Shown here piece after piece: positions 40,108-51,700 of a DNA stretch of 64,000 nt. The position numbers and the translations under genes are program-made. Position 1 is the stretch's first letter. Each line of letters opens with the position of its first letter. The notes under the pieces were generated by a model. That model made no database searches. It saw only the letters and a program-made list of their open reading frames with translations, and was not told where the DNA came from. The DNA comes from Lama guanicoe (Eukaryota): NCBI GenBank assembly GCA_013239625.1, contig MU053881.1:11731957-11795956 (forward strand), written 5' to 3'.

Positions 40108-40813
40108 TATATACTTTGAGTATGCAAAAATAGTTTTCTAAATTAGTAGAAAAACAGATGAGTCACTTAGTAAGGTAGACAAGGAGGGCGAATTAACACA
40201 GAGGGCAACAAGCGATCCTGCCCCAAAAGGCCCTTAAAACCATGTGGTTGAGGATAATCTGTGAAGGCCTGGGTACAGCAGTGATTCCATCTAGACCAAA
40301 TGTTTTGGAGACGTGGGAAGAAAAGATGTTCTGAAGTAAACGCACATGAGTTGGCATCCTAATCTCTCCACTGACTGGCACTATGCATAAAGCAAGTAAA
40401 CATTACTTTCATAGACTTTGGTAATTGCAAAAATACTCTTTACACCAAAGCCACAATTCCCTAAACTAGCAGTTGGATCATGTTTCATAATAGAGCAATA
40501 TTTCAAAGCATTTTTGAACTTATTAGTAATGGATTTGTGCCACCTTGTTGTCTGAAATAGACTACTGTTGAAATTCTTTGTTCTTATTTATCGCCATTGT
40601 TTCCTGTTAGTAAACTTTTTTATTTTTTTAGCATAGATTTAGATCTACAGAAATGTTGTGAAGATAGTACACATAATTCCCATATACCCCACACCCAGTT
40701 TTACCTATTACTAATATCTTACCTTACTGTGATTCATTCATCACAGTGAATGAACCAATAGCAATATATTACTATTAATTAGAGCCCATATTTTATACGG
40801 AATCCCTTAGTTT

Positions 40814-41414
40814 CTTTTAATTATTGTCAGTTGCAATGTGTCAATTTCTGGTGTACAGAATAATGTCCCAGTCATACATATATATACATACATTTATTTT
40901 CAAATTCTTTTTTATTAAGGGTTATTACAGGATATTGAATAAGTTCCCTGTGCTATACAAAAGAAATTTGTTAAATCTATTTTTATGTATAGCAATTAAT
41001 ATTTGCAAATCTCAAACTCTCAAATCTATTCCTTTCCATCCCCTTTCCCCAGTAACCATAAGATTGTTGACTATTTCCACAAGTCTGTTTTATAGATGAG
41101 TTCATTAGTGTTTTTTTTCTTTTTTTAGATTCTACATATGAGTGATATTTTATGATATTTCTTTTTCTTTTTCTGGCTTACTTCACTTAGAATCACGATC
41201 TCCAGGTACAACTCTGTTGCCGCAAATGGCATTGTTTTATTCTTTTTATGGCTAAGTAATATTCCATTGTATAAATATACCACTTCTTTATCCATTCAAC
41301 TGTCAATGGACATTTAGGTTGCTTCCACTTCTTTGCTATTGTGCTGCTATGAACATTGGGGTGCATATATCCTTTTGAATTAAAGCTCCCTCCAGATATA
41401 TGCCCAGGAGTGGG
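40814..41414 (-). mobile_element. Lineage-specific (camelid-like) L1 3' end
   Basis: TSD GAATCCCTTAGTTT at 40800-40813 and 41418-41431. 3' UTR motifs aatgtcccagtcatacat...ggttattacaggatattgaat...gttccctgtgctataca. Confidence 0.85.
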
Positions 41415-41725
41415 ACAGAATCCCTTAGTTTTATATACTGTCTTTTTTCTATTCTAGGATTCTGTCTTAGACACTGTATTTCATTTAATAGTCATGTCTC
41501 CTTTGGTTCTTCTTGACTATGACAGTTTTTGAGACTTTTCTTGTTTTTTATAACCTTGACAGTTTTGAGAAACACTGGTTGGTATTTTGTAGAATATCAT
41601 CAATTGGGATTTGTCAGATTTTCTTCCTTGATTACACCACAGTTACGAGTTCCAAGGAGAAAGAGAACACGGATGAAGTGCCATTCTCATCAAATCATAT
41701 CACATTATCAACATGACTTATCACT

Positions 41726-42491
41726 TGACCAAGTGTTCACAATTGCCCATTTCTTACCCTCTGCTTTTGTCTTAACCAGACTTTTGTCAGGTTTCTCTCC
41801 TCTCCACAGACTCCTTCATCCTTTTCCCAAAAACTGGCTGACCACAGTGAGATATATATCCTATCAAACCACACTGGTTGTTGCTCCCCCTAGTTCACCC
41901 AATCTATTAGTTTGCATTAGGACTGCCATAACAAAACACCACAGACTGGGTAACAAACAGTAGAAATTAATTTTCTCACCATTCTGGAAGCTAGAAGTCA
42001 AAGACCAAGGTGCTCACAGGTTTGATTTCTTCTGAGGCTTCTTTCCTTGTCTTGTAGATGGTTGCCTTTTCATTTCATCCTCACATGACCTTTCCTCTGT
42101 GTGCACTTATCCCTGTTGTTCTTAGTGTGGGCAAATTCCCTCCTCTTATAAGGTTACCGGTCAGATGGCATTAAGGCCCATGTATTTGAACTCATTTAAC
42201 CTTGATTACCTCTTGAAAGGCCCTGTCTCCAAATACACTCACATTTTGAGGTCCTGGGGGTTAGGTCTTCGACATATGAATTTGAGGAGGGAGCGGAAAA
42301 AAATTCAACTCATAACACCCAACTTCAACTTATTCACTGCTTACCCTTCCTTACTCTATAAAAGAAAAAGCCTTTCAGTGTTTAATTTTGAGGTAACTTG
42401 GGGATTTCTGAGATTGGAGTGCCCTCCTTATCATAAGTCGTTTTGAATAAAGTTTCCCCTAATCTAAGTCCATTTTTGCTTTTACTTGACA
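41726..42491 (+). mobile_element. ERV1 LTR (MER31/MER67/MER90-like) split by a MaLR
   Basis: TG...CA termini; near-TSD CACT/AACT; TATAAAA at about 42357; AATAAA at 42446. Confidence 0.65.
41903..42317 (-). mobile_element. MaLR LTR (MLT1B-like)
   Basis: tattagtttg...ctgccataacaaaacaccacagactggg...aattcaactcataaca. 5-bp TSD CCCAA (41898-41902, 42318-42322). Confidence 0.85.
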
Positions 42492-45404
42492 AACTGTTGA
42501 CGTCAACTTTGACCATCTGGCTGAGGTGGTGTGCGTCAAACTCCTCTACTAGAGGATTTCTCTTCCTCTCACCCCTTTCCCTGCTGCACTCCAAGGAATA
42601 AAGTCACTATCAGTGCCCAACACCTACGCTGTGGAGAATTATGCTCCCCCTCCTTAAAGGTGAAGTATTTACATAAATTATTTGGTATTCTTCTGTATGG
42701 GAGATTTGTCTATTTTCCTATTTATGTATCTTTTCTACCATTTATTTACATCAGAATGGAATCACAGATATTCACTTATACCTTGTGTTACAATCCCAAA
42801 CTGCTTTGTTTATTACTTCATCTTTGATTTTTAAGCCAACATTCAACTGATTCATTTACACACATGAATCTTATCCAAATGCTGTTACCGTATCCCTGAT
42901 CTGCATGCTTGATAAATCTGGGTAGAATCTGCAGCTCCAACTGCTTGCCTCCCTGCTTATCTTGAAAACCAAAGTTATGGTGTGGAAATCTATAGGTAAA
43001 CAGCTGGTTCCTGTTTCTTAACACAATGATAGCTGAGAATTATGGCTACTGTCACCTTGTCAAAACAGCATCAAAAGCTTGGAGGTACTAAGTAATGTTT
43101 CACCTAATTTTGTCAAGGAAAGTGTAGATGCTAAATAGTAATTTACTCAACCAGTCTATATACCATCCGAACATTCTTATAGCCAAAGAATTCTGATAAA
43201 TAATGATTAAGAAGGTCAGAACTATAATTAACCTTTCTCACTAAAAAAAGAGAAAAGAAAGCTAAATATGCACAATTGAAAATGAAATCTTGAAAACATA
43301 CAAGTAAATCTCTAAAACATATAGGTAACTGTTGCATAATAGGATAAAAACCAATTTAGTGCAAGAGTGTCTCTTATTGTTGTAGGGTATTGATTCACTC
43401 TGAAAGTAGTTTTAGGAAATTTAAGAAAATTAGGAATTACTTCTAAATCACAACTCTTCTTTATGACTTTATACAATTCTTACTCTTAATATTTTGAATT
43501 TTGCTAGATGTAGACAAATCTGAATTTTGCCAAATGTAGGCATTTCTGAGAGCCTTCAAACTTACATTCTGAGCAAGCAAATCAGCAAATCAGAGTTTCT
43601 ACATGGAGACATTTGTGTATATGTTTACCTATCTACCTATTTATTTAAACTAAATACACACACACACACAAATGTTTCTAGAATAAGGACTGGGAAAGGT
43701 TACATGGAATGAAGACTTGTAAGACTTGATCTTCCTTATTTTAAATAGAGTTATCTATAGACTGTAAGATTTAAGTCAGGGAACTAATTAGGCAAGTGTT
43801 GGAGAGTCTTCTATGAAAACACATCACTAAATGTGTTGTAAATATAATTATAATGCAGATGTACATTGCAGCTTAAATGCTTAAAGAGTCTATACTGATT
43901 CTATATCATCTATAATTTTTTTAGAGATGACTTCTTGAAATGAATTGGGGTGATTTAGCAAATGATTTGTAATGATCAGCATCAGATACCCAAAGGGATT
44001 CAAGTGGAAATATATAAAATGAAGATTGGTATTGACCACATTAATTTAACCTTGATTTAAAAAAAAAAGTAATAAAATAATTGTTGCAATTTACTTTGCA
44101 CAGATGGTACTAGCTTCAAAATCTTATGAATATTTGAGAGAACTCTTTTGGCCAATGAACCAGCCTGACTTAAATGTACCAAGCAGATCCACTGTTTTTG
44201 GCTAGGGGCGCTATGCCACAATAAGGAGGACCTATTCGCATTTTTATGACAGGATGTAACATTGATGTTTGATATGTTTCTAATTTAGTTGAAAACAACT
44301 ACTTCATAAATTCTGGGAATGAAAAAGAAAATTGAAATTAGTTCAGTTTCAGCATTTTTAGGAAGTATATATTGCAGACTTGTAAAATAAAGAGACAAAA
44401 AAAAAAAAAAAAGACAAAATGAGTATAGCTGCTAGTAAGGATTGATTACCGTAGTTGATTTTTAAAATCCTTGAAGCTTTACAGCTTAATTTTTAAAACC
44501 CTGTAAGTTTTATATTTTTATGACTGCTTCCTTTCTATTTTTCTACTAGCTATTTTGTTTCCTGTTAACTCCCATTAAACAGTATGCAGATTCCTAGAAT
44601 AAAATAGTAAATATCAAATCCTAGTGATTATATGTTTTGGAAAACACACAGATCTTTCAATTCTAAGTCCTTGAGCAAAATATTTAACCTAAACAATTAT
44701 TTTGTCATGTTTATACAGCATTACTAATTTTGATTTTATACGGCTTTTGTAATTGGATAATGCATACGAATAGCATATGGTAAAATACTCAATCTGTATT
44801 AGTAGCAGCAACATCAGAAGTAGTAGTAGCAGTAATTATTGGTTATTCTTAAAGTTCCTTTTGATCAGGCACTAACTACAACTTGACCAAGGAGGCTCTT
44901 CACTCCTAATGTTTACAAAGTGGGAGCAGTTAATTAAATCTGTTTGGCAGCTTCTTTCCCCTCAACCCACTCTATTAGAAATAAGGAAGACTATTTTGTA
45001 TCTATTGTATTAGCCCACTTACTTCAAACTTTGTATGCAATTTTGCAGTAGACTCAATTATTTTTCCCATCTTTGTAAGGCTTGGTATCCATTAATTTAA
45101 GGAGTAGGCCAAAGATTTCTCTGAGATGGATTTAACACAGGGGACTTACTAGCTTGTAAGACTTTGATTCTTTGAACAGGAGCCTCATCCAGACAGTCTA
45201 TTTTCTTTCCCACACAGGTGGAAACTAACACCATGCACACCAATCACTGATAGCAGAGTTCCTCTTGCTCATGTCAACCTTACAGTTTTGGCTTGGTGAC
45301 AGTGCTCTGACTGGAGGGAAAGTTATTGAGTGGTTTGGGAAATCTGATTACAACTTGCATAATAAATTTTGAACTAAGAAAATGCTGAAGATGGGTTATC
45401 TTAC

Positions 45405-45430
45405 CCTTGTTCAGACTCTTAGAAATGTGA
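45405..45430 (-). other. Candidate 26-nt microexon (TCACATTTCTAAGAGTCTGAACAAGG)
   Basis: Minus strand: tttttctttttctgtctgtcctttttgtag|exon|gtaaga. Long polypyrimidine tract and AGG|GTAAGA donor; TGCATG about 170 nt downstream. Confidence 0.55.
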
Positions 45431-48400
45431 CTACAAAAAGGACAGACAGAAAAAGAAAAATATAAAGCAATGAAATGCACAATTTTAGAGAACTCAGTTA
45501 TGGGGGGAGGGGGAGTCCCAGGAGAGTCGCCCTGTGCTTCATAAATCTGTCTGCTGTTTTCACTATTGTTCATCATGTAACATTGCTTTTGTTTTCTCTG
45601 TCTGGATAAATTAGCCAGCAAAGCATCATAAACATCCTTAGTTAGCAAGTGCTAGCTTTCCTTAGGGAAAGGAGTTTTCTTTTTGATTTTCTTCTTATTA
45701 GTTTGAGGTTTGAATAAACTGTTAGGGAATCAAAACAATTAAGCTATTATTCCTATAATCGACTTCTTCCTTTATGCCTTAATCACTGTAAATTACTAGA
45801 GGAATGAATCATTTTAAACCCTTTGAAACTTGAAATTTCCCAACTGGACCAATGATGCCATTCCAAATGCATTTAAATCAGTGTTACCAGGGGTAAATCA
45901 TATTTCTCACTCAGGTAATATTGTCATATCTATTCTATCTATCGTTTACATATATAAACACTTCTGTAAGAATTTATTGACTCTCTCAGATGTGCTACAT
46001 TGATGGGGCAGAAAGCAAACTTTCATTTAAACAAGGAATTTACACAGCCAACTGTGGTCTCTTACCATTTTTATGCACTTCACAGCCTGTGTTCTAATTT
46101 TAAATTGGGGATCTGATGTGTATATTTATACATAGCCATACTTGAATCAACCTGTAACTGTAAGCCTTTGGGGAGTGACTGTGTTTGAACATCTGGACTT
46201 ACCACATGTTTTCATTTGGAAATGAATCATCATTTGGAAGACCTAGGTTTTAAAAAAGGAAGAATGTGTGATGACATTGTATAGGTGTTCCAGATGATGA
46301 GAAACATATTCTGCAAATATGATTTGGGAACTATTATAGCAAACAGAGGTGTGAAATGATACTCTAAACTGAAGTAGTTCTACTTGTTTGTCATGTGTTT
46401 TTCCTTATTTCACACAGTTAAATGTTATTACTGGTTGAACAAATAATAACAAATTCCATGACAGTTAATATATTTTTACAATATTTCCTGTGGAAAACAA
46501 TGATCATTTGCATTCCAAAAAAATAAAAGAATCTTTAGAATAATGTCAATTTTCAAGAACCCCAAGTAATATTTTGTGCTTATTAAACACAGATTAAGCA
46601 TTACATACTGTCTTTTGAAGTGCTAATATAATCTCTTTTAATCACAACTAGAAGTTTGCCTTCATTAAATAATTGCCTAATGGGTAGTATGTTTTCTTAT
46701 AAATACTTAAAAGAGAATATTGATCTCAGCCTTTTCTTGTAGAAATTGAATTAATTTCTCTATTGGAACCCTATGGTTTATTTACTATGTATGCATCTAT
46801 CAGCAGAAACTAATTAATTAGAATCTGTAACCTTCTAAGAGTAACCTTAAAGCACATAATATTTGCCTGTGCAGATTAAAGAAAACACTGGGAGCTAATT
46901 TGAACAGAACTTTCCTGAAATGTCAGAAACCCTTTAATCTGTTAAAAGAAGTTCATGTAAGGAAGACTCTTTAATCTCCGACTTTCATACTCTACAAAAC
47001 TAACAATTTAACCTTTCTACATATGTGCAAGTTCATTTACTTTGTCATATATATATATACTGCTATTATATAACCTACAAATGATTGTAAAGACAAATCA
47101 GTTTTGCAAAGACTGAGACAGTTTTGTAATTTTGCATGTACATGGTTTTAGGAAAGTAACTGAGTGGGCACTTTGTTTTAAAATTAAGATTGTTTCCATT
47201 TGTGAGTTCATACATATACTCGTGTACTTGGGTTGCAAACCTATGTCACTTTGCGTGGTGGTTAGCTTCTAAAGAGGTGTATATAAAACAAATTTTTAAG
47301 TAAAATTAATTGTCTTGAATATTTTTAAATAAGCTTGTTCTTTAAAAACTGTTTTAACTATGTTTTGCAGAAAAAAACATTTTTAAAGCTAACAATAAAC
47401 TTTGCACTTTAGCATTTTATTGAATGAACAGGTTTTCCTGTACCAGCACTCTTTGAAACAAGGCACACCTGTTACTATATTTTTAAAGATTGTTGTGTCA
47501 TACGTGCATAGAAATATTATTACTTATTTGGCAAAAGAAAACAAAGGTCAGAGTTTTTTGGACCTTGGATGTTTATGACTATTTCATACTTCCATAACAT
47601 GACCTTTAAAATGTGGACTACAATTGACTTCAGAATAGCCAATGAGCATTTTATAATTATGATTATTCTTATTTAGACAGACTCATATTTTACATTTAGG
47701 TAACTTAAAACACAACAACTATTTCAGTCCAGAAAACTCTTCTTAAGGATCAGCACCTACTTGTGCCCACAGGTAGCATGAAGAACCTGCTACTTGCCAG
47801 TTCTACTATGTCACGGAGCTCAGTAAGCTTCGATTTCCAGCATTCACACCACAGTCTAAGAATATTTTTAAGTGAAGTAACTGAAACAGAAAACTAGCTA
47901 GAGGTCTCTCATTACTTATTCTTGCTTGTTATTTTAGAATTTTTTAGTTGTAGCTATCTCTAGTCATGCATCAATATTAAAGTCATCATGAAAAGGGCTT
48001 GGAATTATGAGGGGTTTTTTTCTGTAATTTCAGAGAAGCTGTCCGTAATTCCAAGTGAGTGACTCAGATGACACTCCAGAACTATCAAAACAAAATTCCT
48101 GTAGAAAATTAAGAAGGAATATTCCAGTAGACCAATGCCACATCAATGAAACAAAATCTATTTCACCAGTTATAAAGAGTTGATGTAATATACTTGCAGG
48201 TAACAGAGTTTAAATTCCTCTCACATAATAAGGACATAAACTCTTGGTTTTGACTATGGTTACATCAGCCAAAGCCTCAAAATTAACTGACCAAAGCACA
48301 ATCTTAGCTAATATTCTCTGTACCACATTGAAACTCAACAAATGCCACAGAAAGTGTAATAGTGACTGTATCATCTAATCCCATAACATTAAAGATCTAG

Positions 48401-50281
48401 ATAAACTTCCAACTTGTGATCTAGTTCAACATAAAATGGTATTGAAAGGAAATTTTCCCTATTTTCTCAATTAGAAAGTTGGAAGTATAATGAAACTGAG
48501 AGCTGGGATATATTCCTGCCATTATGTTTTGGGTGGCTTTGGGATAATTATTTAAAGGTATTATTAATAGGACAAATATTTCTTATCATTAAAAAAAAGT
48601 TTCTCTCTGCAATAGTTTAAAAGTCCAAGATCCTGGATATCATGTTAATTATTAATTTACTCTTATCAGACATTTTTAAAGTTCTCACACAGTTGGAAAA
48701 ACTAGAGTTTGGGGCAATGAAGCCAAAATGAGCATAATATTGAATGTTCAAAAAATGTGGAATTATGCATATTATTCTGATGTGTGTAAATACACAGATG
48801 TCGCTTTTGTAGTATATTGAAGGAAATCTACAAGTCTTTTTCTGGGGAAAAGAGATAACTTGTCTAAACAATTTGGGATAAGTACTCTTAAAACTAATAT
48901 TATAAAATTTCAAAACAAAAGTACATATACCATTTTGTAGAGTACATGCATTCCCTAGAAAGAAAGGAAAATTTGCATAAGTTGTGTGAATCAAAAAATA
49001 CACATAAACATTAATAAACTTTTAAAAATCTAAATAGCTTATAAGTAAATTTTTTAACTTTATAATTCCAAGAAATCTTTCACGGAAGATATAATTTTGG
49101 TAACTGTATATTCAAATATGGCACTAAGTGAAAAGAGCAGTTATTTTTCGACCAGATTTTTGGCCACTGGAATTTCTTTAATGCCTGAGAAACTCTTGAT
49201 ACCACTTTTTTCTTGCCAACCATAAAAGAAAGACTTGAGTTTACTCTGTTTACTGAAAATGTTCTACCCATTACAGAGTATATACTTCCCTTCCTACTCT
49301 TACATCATTCACATTTTTCTTTGGAATAATTTCACATATTCACATATATTTCACATCAACTTTTCTTCATTTTTTAGTGTACCCTAGGACAAACTCTAAA
49401 ATGAATTCTTCACATTCATGCCAGTTACCAATATCCCAACGGTCCTAAAAAAGTCATTGCAGTAATAATTCTTTCCCCCTTTAATTTTCACATCCTCAGT
49501 CAACTGAATATTTTACATACACTCCCCTTGGATTTAAACCTTTTGTAAGTGAAATTGGAAAATGAAATAAGTCATGCACAGGAACAAGAATCACAAGTCT
49601 TCCAATGAATTATGTATTTTTGCATGCAAATGCTTCTATTTTCACAATACTGTACTGTTAAACATGTGTTCCTCTAGGATTTGCTTTAATCTTATGCTAC
49701 CTATTTTATTACATGTAAGAGTTAAACCCATTAACTACCAATTGTCACTTTAATGGTTCTAGATTACTAGTATTTAAATACTTCAGGTGAGAGAATTTGA
49801 TTAGGAGCAACTCATATAAAATACGGTTAATAGAACATTATAGACACAAGGACAAAACATAATACATATATTAATCGAGGTTAATTTAAATTAAAATATC
49901 AAGTAAAAACAGCTTTATAATTAAAGTTGTCTTGTGCTTTTAACTCTGATTACATATAGCAATGTAATTAGATTTTCAAGTTACTGGGACTCTGTATGGG
50001 ACAGCAAAATGTAATCCAAGTTACAAGTGACTAAAACTACAAGATGCTCTTGTCAAAACTCAGCAGAGCAAAATTTTACAAACCTGTTGACAATATCACT
50101 TCTATATTCTCTAGAGACTCCTAACACATTCTTAGTATGTTTCTGTGGTTACACTTTTCTCAAGAATATCAGCAACATTGAGTGTCCTCACCTAAGAGCT
50201 AATCTTATTTAAAAAATCATAATGATGGGTAAAGGTGGAGCAGGGTTAGTAAAAACAAAAGTAAATTTTAAGTAAAAAAAT

Positions 50282-50381
50282 AAACTTGAGACTCAATGAC
50301 ATCATACAGTGAATGAATTATCAAATTTAATTAAAAAGAAACTTGAGATTCAATGACATCATACAGTGAATGAATTATCAA
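50282..50381. repeat. 43-bp near-tandem duplication (period 57, one mismatch)
   Basis: aaacttgaga(c/t)tcaatgacatcatacagtgaatgaattatcaa at 50282-50324 and 50339-50381. Confidence 0.95.
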
Positions 50382-50986
50382 TGTCCTTGCACCTTCTCTC
50401 AAAATTACAAACATTTCATATGTTTGTGCTACCTGTTAATTATATACATACACTCTCATGATAACATTTTCTGGGCAAGACTATCACAGCACACGTTTCT
50501 GAATGAGTAAATTACCTCATATTGTAATAATATGATCAAGCTCTACAAGTTATATGCCTTACCATTGGTTCCTCCAAAATATAAAAGTTAAAAAAAATCA
50601 CAAAGCATATATGTATAGCATAACACCGTAGCCAGGCAAGGATTATGGCTTTTACAAATGATAGTGAATGATTTTGTACATTTGGAAATAGTATGTACTA
50701 TGAATTGCGCATCTCAGATCACAGTTTGAGATCAAGTTCCAACTATGAACTCATATAGCTCATGGAAATGCAAACAATCACATACATTACTTTTAGGTAA
50801 GATTTGATGATTCCTTCATTTAATTACATTTTTTATAAATAGAATTATTTACTTAAAGGGAGATTAACAATCAAGGGGGAAAAAGCTCTTGAACATAAAC
50901 CAAGCATTATATTAAAAAGTAGTCATGATTAAAGTGTGTAAAACTACAATGATGTCATGAAGAGACAAATCTTAACTGCGACTTAC

Positions 50987-51344
50987 CTGTAGTAGCAGTG
51001 TCTTGATAGTGTTGACTGTGGAAAAGATGCAAATCTATAAATTAGAAAACAAGGGGGTGTTTGCACTCCCAGTTTTAGCAGAGCTACACTGCTTTATGCA
51101 TAAGTAATAAACTGCCTCTTCAAAGTCGTCCTGACCACGGTGTTCATGGGCAATAGTTAGAATCACTGCCCGAAAGCTTGCTGATGCTGCTCCTGCAGCC
51201 TTCCGCTTTTTCACAGAGACCTAACATATGAGTGTGCCGGAGAGCATCCTTCCCCCCCTCTCCCCCTCCTTTTTGCGTGGTTTTTCTTCCTCTGTATCTC
51301 AACGTGCCTCTCTCTCCTCTCACTCTCCTCTCTCTCTCACTCTC

Positions 51345-51401
<57 letters not shown>

Positions 51402-51440
51402 GCAGAGAGTTACCATTCGGTTTATTCGGCTTACAGTCAA
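50987..51440 (-). other. Putative first (non-coding 5' UTR) exon of a minus-strand gene or lncRNA; TSS position approximate
   Basis: Minus strand reads ...CACTGCTACTACAG|GTAAGT (donor GT at 50986-50985). Local CpG and GC rise against the AT-rich background. Contains a (GA)n tract and only short uORFs; a GC box lies just upstream. Confidence 0.65.
51307..51401. repeat. Interrupted (CT)n/(GA)n tract
   Basis: Seen directly. Confidence 0.95.
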
Positions 51441-51700
51441 AGAGGACAGGCTGGCAGGCAACTGTGCAGTCCCCCCCACGCCCCCGCTGAGACACATGAA
51501 TGTGTTGTGAATAAAGACAAAGCCCCAAACCAGTGCAGCACATTACTCTCTGAAAAGGCGCTGCAATGATACTCTGCATTGCAACTCCGCAGGCAGCCTG
51601 GCAGCCAGGCTGCGAGGTGGACCGCATTCCCCTTGCCTGCCCTCCCTCCTAGGAACTTGCATCATAAAGTTTGGCTCAGGACTTGGCTTCCCCTCTAGGG
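51441..51700 (-). promoter_or_regulatory. Putative proximal promoter
   Basis: GCGGGGGCGTGGGGGGG on minus (51471-51487) matches EGR (GCGGGGGCG) overlapping Sp/KLF (GGGGCGTGG). Palindromes at 51562-51583 and 51593-51613. Several retained CpGs; no recognisable TE. Confidence 0.6.

Larger units (their letters stand above)
40612..42820 (-). mobile_element. L1MC-like 3' region, interrupted by nested insertions
   Basis: Collinear L1MC segments at 40612-40813, 41432-41725 and 42496-42820. Confidence 0.8.

Noticed and set aside
41513..42827. Longest ORF in the window (144 aa) and its neighbours
   Set aside because: They run across L1, LTR and MaLR junctions and mostly have non-ATG starts; chance ORFs.
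51127..51147. RE1/NRSE-like sequence in exon 1 (ATGAACACCGTGGTCAGGACG)
   Set aside because: Three mismatches at core RE1 positions; too degenerate to call.
51144..51627. Overlapping 92-117 aa ORFs across the (GA)n tract
   Set aside because: They are open mainly because the dinucleotide repeat lacks stops (ER/SL runs). No recognisable protein.
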